A stretch of 64,000 nt of DNA from NCBI GenBank assembly GCA_964016885.1, contig OZ024752.1, positions 43,152,001 to 43,216,000 on the forward strand, read 5' to 3'. The notes beneath the pieces were generated by a model, which was given only the letters and a program-made list of their open reading frames with translations, made no database searches and was not told where the DNA came from. The DNA comes from Eledone cirrhosa. Lineage: Eukaryota. Made by a program: the position numbers and the translations under genes. This document shows positions 25,670 through 39,475 of this stretch, piece by piece (position 1 is the first letter of the stretch; each line of letters starts with the position of its first letter).

Positions 25670-25753
25670 TCACAGTCGGAGCTCCACGACGACAGCCATA
25701 TTGCAATGGAAGACTACACAGGTCGCCGTTCTAGCTGAGCTGGAAGAAACTAG
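25670..25753 (+). promoter_or_regulatory. Candidate far-upstream first exon (possibly of Suv4-20)
   Basis: CpG-containing block in AT-rich DNA, YY1-like gccatattg, TAG|gtaaaa donor followed by T-rich sequence. Confidence 0.3.
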
Positions 25754-27107
25754 GTAAAACATTTTTACAATTTTAACCAATTTTCTGCTTTTTTAAACAA
25801 TTTTCCTGTCCCATCAATTTATCCTGTAAGTTTTTCTTTACAATTTCTAAATACAGATCATCACCAAAAATTGTTTGAAAAATTTTTTTTTCGATATGTC
25901 ATTGGAATAATTATAAGAAAAATGTTCTCCCTTCTCTCGTTTCTTGGGGGTTTTTATTAAGAAATGGGGGATCTAAATACCATGTAATTATTACCTAAAT
26001 TAATCCTCCACTTAAAAACCTCCTCATATTTATACATAATAAATACACGGTTTGCATCAACGGTAAGATAATAATTAACCGTCATTATAAAATTATTATT
26101 TTAGCTTTACCTCGTTCGTTTATTTTACCTCTTCATTACTCATAGGTTTTTTGGGGGTTTTTTTTTTTGGTATTTTCAGAATTTATTTCAATAGTGAGAG
26201 ACATTTTGGTTGTGTAATGAAAAATAATAATTTAGTTATTTTATGGCTAAACTAATTAATATCAACCGACTTGTGTTATATCTTTTCATGATCGTCATTG
26301 ACCGGACTTATTGTTGCCTTGCTTCAATCTTCGCTACTTTGTGCCACTGTTCATAATATGGGGGATCACTTTTACTATTATTACATAACCAATAACGGTC
26401 CCCTACTTTATGCCCATTAACTTCACATTCATACACACATTTATAAAACATATACATTTTTTTTTCCCTTAAAATTTTCAGTCACAATAAATTATTTTTA
26501 ATGTTAGATCTTCGAAATTTATATATAATATTGATGCTTTAGTCCTCGTTACTTAATGCAACTGGTTATAATATGGGGGATCGCTTTTGTTATATTATCC
26601 AACCAATAACGGTCCCCTACTTTATGGCCATTAACTTTACATTTAATACACACACTTATACATAGACATTTCTTAAATATTTTCCTGTGATTTTCAGTAA
26701 CATTCAATTATTTTAAATACTAAATTAATTTTGGGAAAGAAAACATGTATATATAATATACAGTGAAAGCTGTGCGGTGTGTGTGTTTATTATTTTGATG
26801 GTCTATTATGATATGAAGGAATTATTATATAAAGTCATCCTTACACACCCACCTAGCTTCATGCCTTTCTGCAGATCATATTTGAATTCACAGCCTGGAG
26901 ACGGATATATATATGTATATATATATATATATTAGTTTGAAATCGTCAGCGAACGATATATATATATATCGTTATCATACATACACACGATATATCTATA
27001 TATATATATTCGTTATCATACATACACACCCTCCTAGCTTCATGCTTTTTTGAAGATCATATTTGAATTTACAGCCTGAAGAAAGGATATACAATAAATA
27101 TGATCGT

Positions 27108-27139
<32 letters not shown>

Positions 27140-27305
27140 AGTGTGTGTTTGTGTATATATATATATACATATGTATATATATATATATATTGTTAAGAGT
27201 TACTACCGTTTCGACGTCGAATGAATAACAGAATTATTTTTACTTCAGCTCTCCCTTTCTCTCTCTCTCTATATATATATATATAGGTGTGTGTATATAT
27301 AGATA

Positions 27306-27352
<47 letters not shown>

Positions 27353-27632
27353 ATATAAAGATAACGAATGGCCTACTGTAAGCGATAGCAGATCATAAGA
27401 TCATAGTTAAATAAAGTAGACAATACATTTAAGTAGAGAAGGTATATGATTTATCTCGGATAGAACTGACTCCTACAGAACTAGAACTATTCCATTAGTT
27501 TGAAATGGTCAGCAAACGATTTTCCTGGTGATTTCAAACGAACGAAAGAGGTCTAGTCTTGTAGAAGTCATTTCTATATGAAATAAATCATACACTATAT
27601 ATATATACATATATATATATATGTGTATACAC

Positions 27633-27663
<31 letters not shown>

Positions 27664-27787
27664 GTGTATACACTATATATATATATATGTATATGTGTGT
27701 GTGTGTCTGTGTTTATTTCTAGAATTTAAATTTCCATTTAAAAGTGAAAGGACATTAACTTGTATTTCAACACCCAGTCAATATGAC

Positions 27788-27833
<46 letters not shown>

Positions 27834-27843
27834 GTATATTATG

Positions 27844-27880
<37 letters not shown>

Positions 27881-28065
27881 ATATATTATAGAATAGGTGG
27901 TGGTGGTGGTGGTTGTTTTTTTTTTAATGTAATAATGAAGTGGATATCTGCCTCAGCTGTCAAACTTTAGTACAAATATATACAAATATATATACAGAGA
28001 AACACGGCCATGTTCCCTATATAACTGTTACTCTATCTAACTCACCCCCTCTCTTTATATTAATG

Positions 28066-28105
<40 letters not shown>

Positions 28106-28119
28106 ATTATATATATTTT

Positions 28120-28176
28120 ATATAACTGTTACTATCTCTCTATCTCTATATATATGTAACTATTTCTCTCTTCTCT

Positions 28177-28215
<39 letters not shown>

Positions 28216-28860
28216 TTAATTATGACTCTGTCTCTGTCTAATTATCACTTAGTCAGCCCCTCTCTATATGTATATATCTCTTTGTCAGCCCCTCTCTATG
28301 TGTGACTTACTCTTTCTCTATCTCTCTCTATCCCCCTCTCTATATGTAACCATCACTTTGTCGGCCGCTCTCTATGTGTGACTATTACTCTTTCTCTTTA
28401 TCCCCCTCTCTATATGTAGCTATCACTTTCTCAGCCCCTCTCTGTGTGACTATTACTCTCTCTCTATCCCCCTCTCTATAAGTAGCTATCTCTTTGTCAG
28501 CCCCTCTCTATAAGTAGCTATCTCTTTGTCAGCCCCTCTCTATGTGTGACTATTACTCTCTCTCTCTCTCGCTCTCCATGTGTGACTATTACTCTCTCTT
28601 TCCCCCTCTCTATATGTGACTATTACTCTCTCTTCCCCCCTCTCTATAAGTAACCATCTCTTTGTCAGCCCCTCTCTATGTGTGACTATTACTCTCTCTC
28701 TATCCCCCCCTCTCTATATGTAGCTATCTCTTTGTCAGCCCCTCTCTATATGTGACAATTACGCTGTCTCTATCCCCCTCTCTATATGAGACTATTACGC
28801 TCTCTCTCTCTCTCCTCCTCCTCTGTATATGTAACTATTACTCTGCTCCCCTCTCTATCA
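28120..28860. repeat. Degenerate pyrimidine-rich minisatellite
   Basis: Recurring cccctctctatatgt(g/a)actattactctc and tttgtcagcccctctcta. Confidence 0.85.
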
Positions 28861-30072
28861 CTCGTTTGTGGAATTAAAAGACTTGGTCATTCGATAAAAA
28901 TCAACACGACCATGTTCGTGCCATGCTACAGCAGAGGCCACCCTTCGTTGGTGCCTCTTATCTCAATATATAGACTACATGTGTAATGGTGCCTCGTCTA
29001 GTTTATGGGAAAAATAAGAAACAATCTCGATTTCTCGTCTATATATCATCTCAACATGGCGTGGTAGATTTGTGTAACAAACCTACCCCATACATTCATG
29101 TCCCTCTCTCTCTCTTATCTCTCTCTCTCTCTCTCGTGGTTTCAACCAGGAAACTTTATGATTATGATAATAATAATAATAATAATAATAATAATTGTTT
29201 CTACTTTTTGGCACAAGGCGAGCAATTATATCCCAATGCATTACTGGTACTTTATTCTATCGACCCCCGTAAGGATGAAAGGCAAAGTTAACCTCGGCGG
29301 GATTTGAACTCGGATCAGATCATACAGGGAGGTAACTCTATGCTTCAAAGCATGGCAACCGGCAATTAGCTCTCCCCTCCCTCCAGTGTATTACCGGTAC
29401 TTTATTTTATCGACCCCCCCCCCCCCCGTAAGGATGAAAGGCAAGGTTAACCTCGACGGGATTTGAACTCAGCCCGTAGTAAAGGGCCGCAGCGCCCAAG
29501 GCCAGCAATTTGGTGTGGATTGGGTGGAGGGAAAGTCGATTAATTGGACTCAGTACTTGGCTGCTTCCTTATTTTATCGATGTCGGCAAAAATTGAACAA
29601 TAATACTGGTTTCTTAATATAGGGACAATGCCAGCGATTTGCTGGGTAGGTGTTGTTTGTGATGCTGTCGATGAAATAGACCCTAATTCATGACTGGTAC
29701 TTTGTGTCGACCTCGGAAGAGTGAAAGGTGAAGAGTTGGCCTCGGCGAAGATTTACTCAGAAAGTTATAAAAAAAACAAAAAACATAACTAAACACCGCA
29801 AGGCATTTTGTCCAACGCTCTACCAATCAATATTGATAATGTTTCTACTTATGGCACAAGGCCAGCAATTACCCCAGTGCATTACTGGTGCTTTATTTTA
29901 TAGAACCCGTAAGGATGGGCGGTAAAGTTAACCTCGGTGGATTTGAACTCAGAACGTAAAGGGATATAACTCTATGCTGCAAAGCATGGTGTCTGACGCT
30001 CTACCGATACTGAAGAGAAAAAAGAAGAAAACGTGATTTCTCTAATTCTAATTGGTGTTATTTCTGTTGACT

Positions 30073-32800
30073 TAAATTGTCATCAGGTTTTCTTTACCCT
30101 TCCTTTTAAACCAACCCTTCAGTAGGGCCTGGCTAAATTGTCATCAGGTTTTGTTTACCCTTCCTTTTAAACTCACCCTTCGGTAGGGCCTGACTAAATT
30201 GTCATCAGGTTTTCTTTACCCTTCCTTTTAAACCCACCCTTCGGTAGGGCTTGACTAAATTGTCATCGGGTTTTGTTTACCCTTCCTTTTAAACCAACCC
30301 TTCAGTAGGGCCTGGCTAAATTGTCATCAGGTTTTGTTTACCCTTCCTTTTAAACCAACCCTTCGGTAGGGCCTGACTAAATTGTCATCAGGTTTTCTTT
30401 ACCCTTCCTTTTAAACCCACCCTTCGGTAGGGCTTGACTAAATTGTCATCGGGTTTTGTTACCCTTCCTTTTAAACTCACCCTTCGGTAGGGCCTGACTA
30501 AATTGTCATCAGGTTTTGTTTACCCTTTCTTTTAAATCCATCCTTCAGTAGGGCCTGGATAAATTGTCATCAGGTTTTGTTTACCCTTTCTTTTAAACCA
30601 ACCCTTCAGCAGGGCCTGGCTAAATTGTCATCAGGTTTTGTTACCCTTTCTTTTAAACCCATCCTTCGGTAGGGCCTGACTAAATTGTCATCAGGTTTTG
30701 TTTACCCTTTCTTTTAAAACCACACTTCAGTAGGGCCTGGATAAATTGTCATCAGGTTTTGTTTACCCTTTCTTTTAAACTCACCCTTCGGTAGGGCCTG
30801 ACTAAATTGTCATCAGGTTTTCTTTACCCTTTCTTTTAAACTCACCCTTCGGTAGGGCCTGACTAAATTGTCATCAGGTTTTGTTTACCCTTTCTTTTAA
30901 ACCAACCCTTCGGTAGGGCCTGACTAAATTGTCATCAGGTTTTGTTTACCCTTTCTTTTAAAACAACCCTTCGGTAGGGCCTGACTAAATTGTCATCAGG
31001 TTTTGTTTACCCTTTCTTTTAAAGCAACCCTTCAGTAGGGCCTGGCTAAATTGTCATCAGGTTTTGTTTACCCTTTTAAACCAACCCTTCAGTAGGGCCT
31101 GGCTAAATTGTCATCAGGTTTTGTTTACCCTTCTTTTTAAAACAACCCTTTGGTAGGGCCTGGCTAAATTGTCATCAGGTTTTGTTTACCCTTCCTTTTA
31201 AACCCACCCTTCGGTAGGGCCTGACTAAATTGTCATCAGGTTTTGTTTACCCTTTCTTTTAAAGTAACCCTTCGGTAGGGCCTGACTAAATTGTCATCAG
31301 GTTTTGTTTACCCTTTCTTTTAAAGCAACCCTTCGGTAGGGCCTGACTAAATTGTCATCAGGTTTTGTTTACCCTTCCTTTTAAACCAACCCTTCGGCAG
31401 GGCCTGGCTAAATTGTCATCAGGTTTTGTTTACCCTTCTTTTTAAACCAAACCTTCAGTAGGGCCTGGCTAAATTGTCATCAGGTTTTGTTTACCCTTTT
31501 AAACCAACCCTTCAGTAGGGCCTGGCTAAATTGTCATCAGGTTTTGTTTACCCTTCTTTTTAAAACAACCCTTTGGTAGGGCCTGGCTAAATTGTCATCA
31601 GGTTTTGTTTACCCTTTCTTTTAAAGCAACCCTTCAGTAGGGCCTGACTAAATTGTCATCAGGTTTTGTTTACCCTTCCTTTTAAACCAACCCTTCGGCA
31701 GGGCCTGGCTAAATTGTCATCAGGTTTTGTTTACCCTTCTTTTTAAACCAAACCTTCAGTAGGGCCTGGCTAAATTGTCATCAGGTTTTGTTTACCCTTT
31801 TAAACCAACCCTTCAGTAGGGCCTGGCTAAATTGTCATCAGGTTTTGTTTACCCTTCTTTTTAAAACAACCCTTTGGTAGGGCCTGGCTAAATTGTCATC
31901 AGGTTTTGTTTACCCTTTCTTTTAAAGCAACCCTTCGGTAGGGCCTGACTAAATTGTCATCAGGTTTTGTTTACCCTTCCTTTTAAACCAACCCTTCGGC
32001 AGGGACTGGCTAAATTGTCATCAGGTTTTGTTTACCCTTCTTTTTAAACCAAACCTTCAGTAGGGCCTGGCTAAATTGTCATCAGGTTTTGTTTACCCTT
32101 CTTTTTAAACCAACCCTTCGGTAGGGCCTGGCTAAATTGTCATCAGGTTTTGTTTACCCTTCCTTTTAAATCCATCCTTCAGTAGGGCCTGGCTAAATTG
32201 TCATCAGGTTTTGTTTACCCTTCCTTTTAAACCCACCCTTCGGTAGGGCCTGGCTAAATTGTCATCAGGTTTTGTTTACCCTTCCTTTTAAATCCATCCT
32301 TCAGTAGGGCCTGGCTAAATTGTCATCGGGTTTTGTTTACCTTTTCTTTTAAACCCATCCTTCAGTAGGGCCTGGCTAAATTGTCATCAGGTTTTGTTTA
32401 CCCTGTCTTTTAAACTCACCCTTCGGTAGGACCTGACTAAATTGTCATCAGGTTTTGTTTACCCTGTCTTTTAAACTCAACCTTCGGTAGGACCTGACTA
32501 AATTGTCATCAGGTTTTGTTTACCCTTTCTTTTAAACTCACCCTTCGGTAGGGCCTGACTAAATTGTCATCAGGTTTTGTTTACCCTGTCTTTTAAACTC
32601 ACCCTTCGGTAGGACCTGACTAAATTGTCATCAGGTTTTGTTTACCCTTTCTTTTAAACCCATCCTTCGGTAGGGCCTGACTAAATTGTCATCAGGTTTT
32701 GTTTACTCTTTCTTTTAAACCCACTCTTCGGTAGGGCCTGGCTAAATTGTCATCGGTCTTTGTTTACCCTTTCTTTTAAACCCACCCTTTGGTAGAACCT
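30073..32800. repeat. 61-bp tandem satellite, about 45 copies
   Basis: Unit taaattgtcatcaggttttgtttacccttccttttaaaccaacccttcggtagggcctgac; starts at 30073, 30134, 30195 and so on. Confidence 0.97.
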
Positions 32801-32851
32801 GGCTACCCATGTGTGTATGTTTGTTTGAGCATGAAAAATGCGACGATTAGG

Positions 32852-32897
<46 letters not shown>

Positions 32898-34311
32898 CAG
32901 TAGTACTCGACTCGGTGAACAATTTTTTTGATAATAATACTTGCAGCATATCTGAAAAATTCTTACTGTCTGTGTTTTGCTTTTGACTCATAACATAGTA
33001 GTTTGGCAGAGATCGATAATAAGTAATAGATTGATATAAGTACTAGTATCAATATGACCCCTGAAACTCTCTAAGATGTTGCCCCTGTACCACTGTAGAC
33101 TAGTTAGATGACTGAAAGAAAATCTGTGAAAGATCTGATTCATTTTTATTGTAATTATTTATGTGCTTTGTTGATTGTACAAAACACCACTGTGCCTCCT
33201 CACTCTTAAACATGAACAGCATGCAATTTGGAAATTCTTTGCATTTGCCTCAAATTCTAGGCTTTATTCTCACTAAGGGTCTTTCATGGTGGAGGCACAT
33301 CTTCAGCTTAGCTAGAACTGCATCTGGCCCTTCTCTTTGGTGTTAGAATATACTTCAGCCCCTAACAACTTCTGACCTTCTACAATGTTCAGATAAAACT
33401 CAATGTGCTCCCACATATATGCATCATAGACCACATTTAGAAAAAAGGCCGCTTGTCTGATTGACAAAATATCACTGACAGACATACCCCCTAGCCTCTG
33501 GCTCACATTTCTACTGCTACTACAATAGCATCTTATTGGAGCTGGCTTGCCTCATACCATCTTCATTCAGACATTCTTGCTTCACTTCCGCTCATCACCA
33601 TCCATATTGTGTCCAATCCTCCTGAGCTTGCACTAATCCCTATGCACATTCCTTCCTTCTGCCCCAGAATGTCACATCTCTGGAATTCTTGCCCTGCACA
33701 TATCTTTCATTGCGGGAGTCGACTTGCAACAGTTTAAAACTGAACATCAGCAACTTCAATGACATCGGTCTGAGAGTCTCAGAGGTCCTGTTTAAATGAC
33801 AACTTAAGAAAATGCCCCAAAGTATTAAGGGAAAGTGAGGGTAGGAGGGGGTGGAGAACGTAAAAATGGAAAGATAAATACATAATTATAAAGAGAGAGA
33901 GAGAGAGCATTCATTATGAAAACAGCTGAGTGTCTGAAGTCAATGAGAAAGAGGAGAGATAGATGACAATAGAAAACAAATAAGTAATGGAGTTTAAAGT
34001 GGGGGGGGGGGGGGAACATACATGCATACACACTTTCACAAATATATATTAGATATATAGATATATTTTTTTGTATATCTCGTTACTATTGAAATATATT
34101 TCTGCCCTGGTATTGACATATTGTAAATATTTATTTTATTGATGGGGTTTTTTTTTGTTTGTCTTTTAGTTTTGACCTCTCGCCCCACCCTTGCTTCTCT
34201 CATTTGTTTCTTCATTTCTTCTCATGAGATAACAAACATTTACTCTCATTATCACTAAAAGTACCAGTAATGCACTGGGTAATTGCTGGCCTTGTGCCAA
34301 AAGTAGAAACA

Positions 34312-34560
34312 ATTATCACTACTATCATTGTCATCATTGCCACTATCATTGTCATCATCATTACCTCTGTCGTCGTCATCATTACCTCTGTCGTTGTCAT
34401 CATCACCTGTATCATTGTCACTATCCCCACTATCATTGTCATCATTATCATCACCACCATCTCTACCATTATCATCATCATCACCACCATCTCTACCATT
34501 ATCATTATCATCACCACCATCTCTACCATTGTTATCACCACTGTCGTGACTATCACCAAC
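34312..34560. repeat. Degenerate (CAT/CAC)n trinucleotide array
   Basis: Trinucleotide periodicity with a 30-bp super-repeat. Confidence 0.85.
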
Positions 34561-35269
34561 ATCTGTCATTGGGTGTGATTTTCTAAAGGTTCTTTGAAAT
34601 AATATAAGGCTTACACACACTCTATTTCTTTCTCCCCTATTCTACAAACAATTGAAATAATACCAGTGTCATCATTTAACGTCTATTTGTCATGCTTATA
34701 TAGGTTAAACAGGCTGTCACTTTAGGAGTTAGACAAGCCAGGTGACCATGCCTTGCTCGTACAATTTGGTTTTGTCTTTGTTTTCTATGGCTGGATATGT
34801 ACTGGAAGCTTTTATCTATGACACCACTGCTACCACTTTATAGGTTGAAATGTGTGCTTTTGGTTGTGGCACCAGTACCACCAGCTTACAGGGTTGACTG
34901 GATGCTTTTTGTTACATCACCATTGAAAATGGACTGGGGGGCTTTTTGTCATGGCACCAGCACTATGGGTGAACAAATGACATGTTGTGGAGATGGCCTT
35001 GAAGAGAATTAGTTGTACTAGGCAGTATAGTGTTGCAGATGTCCAGTTTTTCATGCATGTACAGGATGGGTAGAAAAGGTGCATCAGGTATATAGTAGGG
35101 GTGCCATATCAACATTTTCCATGTCTCACTGGGGCAGTCGCACATGGCCCAGTATGGACAGAGATAGGAAGCAGTACAGGTCAACCAGGGAGGGGTTCCT
35201 CCAAAAAGAGTGAGAATGGTTTGGATATATGCGTATGTAGATATATATGTATGAAATTCCAGATGTGGA

Positions 35270-36060
35270 AGTATGTAGAAAGGAAAAGATTCCCTCAGAG
35301 AAATGGTCTTGCTCGGTGTACAGGAAAGGAGTAGGCAGAAATTCCATCCTGTGTCCCAAACTATGGGTACACAAGAGATGTAGCAAGATCTCAGGCAGGC
35401 TAGCAAAGAACATAGGTTTTGTGTATAATTAATACACGGGAGCAGTAAGTAGCAAGAGCTCACAGGATACTAACTCCTTTAAATATCCAGAGGGCTCCAT
35501 AGACATTTAAATTAGCGGTGGAGGTGGGTGTTCTGAAAAATATGGTAGCCAGATTGAGAATATGATAGAAAAAGTTCAAGGATCTACTATTACTGTTGCT
35601 GCTAACTACAAAAAGTTTTCCCTTTAAAACGAAAGGCAAACTGTATGGATCTTGTATACAAACAGCAATGGTGCATGGAGCTAAGATCTGGGCAATATGT
35701 GCAGAGGACCTATGGAGATTGGAAAGAAATGAAGCCTGCATGCTCCGATGGATGTGCAATAGTAGTGTGCATGAACAAGAAAGCATGAGTGAGCTGAGAG
35801 AGAAACTAGGCAGCTACAGTGAAAGGTCAGTTACAGAGGAGAGAAGATTGCGATAGTTTGGACGTGTGATGCATATGGAGGATGGCAGCTGTATAAAAAG
35901 ATGCAGGGTACTGCACTCAATATCGAGGGAAACTATGGTAGAGAAAGACCTAGTAAATCTTGGGATGAAGTGATAAAAGGCTGACCTTGCCCATTTGAAC
36001 CTCACAAAGGAGATGACGGTCGATATCTCTGATGTGATGTAATGCAGAACACCTACCTTC
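35270..36060 (+). mobile_element. Degenerate RTE-type LINE 3' fragment
   Basis: GVGRNSILC..WVHKRCS, KGKLY..C....M.HG...W, LERNEA.MLRWMC. Confidence 0.8.
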
Positions 36061-36657
36061 CCATGTGCACAAAATGAAAGGAAACAAACATGTAGATGAC
36101 TCAATATTTTGCACCAATCTTCTCTTCACCCTGCCTTCACTAGCTAAATATCCCACACACACCTCATCGATGTCGAACTTGCTTACCTGTCGCCTCTCCA
36201 AACCCTCGCCCACGATAAATCTTACCTGTCCAACCCATGCATTCAAGCATGAAAGCTGGACACACTCTACACCTTATCTCCCACAATGCCGTTACTACGA
36301 CAAAAAAAACAAAAAAAACACTATGTAAGTCTACCCTGTATGCTGAGCCACTGCCACAACAAAAGCACCCTGTCCACCCTGAAAAGTGGTCGTGCTGGTG
36401 ACACAACAAGAAGCGCCCAGTTCATCATGTAAGGTGGTCGTGCTGGTGACACAACAAAAAGCACCACCCTGTCCACCCTGTTAATCCACACTAACGCCAA
36501 CCAGCTGTAGAAACCAAGCCAAAATACAGACCCTTATGAGCATGGCGTGGCCTCCGGACCTGACTTTTCTTATAACGTGACAACCCATCTAACCCATGCA
36601 AGCATGGAAAATGAACGTTAAATGATGATGATATATATATGTATATGTGTGTGTGTG

Positions 36658-36722
<65 letters not shown>

Positions 36723-37474
36723 CAGAATATTAATAAATGAAGACATTCACATAATCAAAATATGTTTTATTATATATATTTCGAAGCATAGAGTTACGTC
36801 CCCTTATGATCTGAGTTCAAATCCCGCCGAGGTTAACTTTCCCTTTCATCCTTACGGGGTCGATAAAATAAAGTACCAGTAATGTACTGGTTAAATGCTG
36901 GCCTTGTGCCTAAAATAGAAACAATTATTTTGAATAATATTAATAACTCCAGAAAACTTCATTGTAGAGTGCTTTTAATCTATTGTAAAACTATATTCAT
37001 TGAGTAATCAATGAACTATATTAATCTTTGGTTATATATATATATATTTATGTGTGTGTGTATAACCCACCAAAGTACTCAATACTTAGAGTAGTAGAGT
37101 GGGTAATAGGAACGAGTAGGACTCCAGAATTAGCCGTCGAAACGGCTTGAGCTCAGCCGTCGGGGTCCTACTCGTTCCTATTACCCACTCTACTACCTTA
37201 AGTATTGAGTACTTTGGTGCGTTATGGTCCACCTGGTTCCTTGCCACACTTCCTTCGTTATATATATATATATATATTTATGTGTGTGTATGTGTGTATA
37301 TATATATTTATATATTTATGTGTGTGTGTGTGTATGTATATATATATATATATATGCAAAAGTTCTATTTAAAATTGTTGGGATACAACAAGTAAATATT
37401 TTTATAACTGATATAAAGCACTCGACAAGTATTTGGAGTAGATATACGATATTAATAAATGGAAACTATATTTA

Positions 37475-37568
37475 TAAAACCATATTTATTTCATTACACA
37501 TATTTCAGGGATACCAAATTAAATTATGGTATGCCTTCATCAGACAAAATACAATATATAACAGTTTT
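37475..37568 (-). ncRNA. Type I hammerhead ribozyme motif (inverted twin, GUA cleavage site)
   Basis: Reverse complement of the copy at 37602-37695 with one change (AUA to GUA, U-A to U-G); core CTGATGA 37543-37537, GAAA 37506-37503. Confidence 0.8.
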
Positions 37569-37601
37569 ACAAATAAGCTTTGACGTACCCTATTAAAATG
37601 C

Positions 37602-37695
37602 AAAACTGTTATATATTGTATTTTGTCTGATGAAGGCATACCATAATTTAATTTGGTATCCCTGAAATATGTATAATGAAATAAATATGGTTTTA
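37602..37695 (+). ncRNA. Type I hammerhead ribozyme motif
   Basis: CTGATGA 37627-37633; stem II AGG-c-ATACCA/TGGTAT-c-CCT; GAAA 37664-37667; minimal stem III with ATGT loop; AUA cleavage triplet 37673-37675; stem I TATTTTGT/ATGAAATA. Confidence 0.8.
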
Positions 37696-37723
37696 TAAAT
37701 ATAGTTTCCATTTATTAATATCG

Positions 37724-37762
<39 letters not shown>

Positions 37763-38132
37763 GTAATGGTTTGCATCTGTCAATATTTTCACTAGTTATG
37801 GTGTTATGTCCCTTTAACTGACATTGTCTTCACTCTCCACATTTCCAATTTGAGATTTCACACACAAAAGCTCCATTAGAAATAATACAATACTAATTAA
37901 ATAATTTAATATAAACCTATATTTAACCCTTTTGATTCCAAACCTTTTGAAACCCCCTCTCGTACTGACACTCAGTTCTTTGTTTTAAAATGTTTATTTA
38001 TTTGAAAACCGTCCATTATAATGTTATTTAAGGACCTTTGTTATGTTAAACAACTTAATAACAGAGTTATATTACTAAATCACTCACATTTGTTTTTTAA
38101 AAAAAAACAGTAAAGGGTAAACATTGATATAG

Positions 38133-38552
38133 TTTGTGTGTGTGTGTATATATATTTGAGTGTGTGTATATATATTTGTGTGTGTATATATATATATTTG
38201 AGTGTGTATATATATTTGTGTGCGTGTATATATATTTGTGTGTGTATATATATTTGTGTGTATATATATTTGAGTGTGTGTATATATTTGTGTGTGTATA
38301 TATATATATATTTGTGTGTGTATATATATATATTTGTGTGTGTGTGTGTATATATTTGTGTGTGTATATATATTTGTGTGTGTGTATATATATTTGAGTG
38401 TGTGTATATATATTTGAGTGTGTGTATATATATTTGTGTGCGTGTGTATATATATATATTTGTCTGTATATATATTTGTGTGTGTGTATATATATTTGAG
38501 TATGTGTATATATATTTGTGTGTGTATATATATATATATATTTGTGTGTGTG
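38133..38552. repeat. Compound (TG)n(TA)n TTT microsatellite
   Basis: About 20-bp compound units; source of spurious ORFs. Confidence 0.9.
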
Positions 38553-39255
38553 ATATGGGCAAAACCAGGAAAATGAACGAATACACAGTTCCATCTCATC
38601 AGTCGATCGCTTGAGATACGTTTGTTTATAATCTGTGTGTGTGATGTATGTATGTATATATATATAATAGAGAGATTTGACGAAGTATAGTGGAGGGTTT
38701 CTTACCCCACCACACACACAGTCTCTTTCTCGCTCTCCCTCTCTTCTCCACATTAAACAAAAAGTTTTGGTTTCGCAGTCTCAACGGCTTTTTGTCTATG
38801 GAGGTTTTGGTCTACCTAGCAGAGACAATGAACTCACATCGTCACCACTCTCTGTGTTGAAGCAACCCCCCCCCCCTCACTCTCTGTGTTGAAGCCAACC
38901 CCCACCCCACCCCACTCTCTCTCTCTCTCTCGTTGTATGTTTGTAAAAATATACACCCTATGTTTATTTAGTACTCTTGATCACCAACTTGTTATCTTAT
39001 TGAGTCTGCTCTCCTTAAAACCTCTTATATTTAACCCTTGGGCACAAAACCAGTATGTAAAGGGATTATTAAGGTATATAGTAGGACTGCTGGTGAATTC
39101 TTTCAAACATTAGAGGGTTTTTTTGTTTTTTTTGTGTCATTTCATTGTTAAATATTTTAAAATCTAACTTCAAATATAATTTTCCACAATTTAGCTTTAT
39201 ATTCCTATAGCCTGTCTGCTAGAAATAGCAAGTAAATTTCCCCCCCTTTTTCCAG

Positions 39256-39475
39256 TTGTTTATTATTTATTATACACGTAAATACATGAACAGATGGAGA
39301 CAACAGAAGGAGTGCAAACCCACACAGAGGGGGAAGGACGGGGCTGGTGAAACGCTGTAGCGATGTGGGCTGCGTCCTTTTTTAGGGTTTACCGGCTACA
39401 TAGCCTATTCGTTGTTTATTTGCACGATCTTAATCGATCTTACGACGTTGAGTTAGTTTTGTTTGTAGGAAGAAA
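39256..39475 (+). other. Candidate 5'UTR exon or alternative start of Suv4-20
   Basis: ccttttttccag-like acceptor, CpG-rich body, AA|gtaagt donor. Confidence 0.3.

Noticed and set aside
30073-32800. CRISPR array, or hammerhead satellite (minus strand has CTGATGA in most units)
   Set aside because: No unique spacers and eukaryotic context. After CTGATGA there is no pairable stem II, GAAG replaces GAAA, no NUH site fits, and several units read CCGATGA.
38080-38753. Long ORFs in several frames (also 507-980, 3465-3890, 34212-34620, 61731-62157)
   Set aside because: Translations of stop-free micro- and minisatellites.
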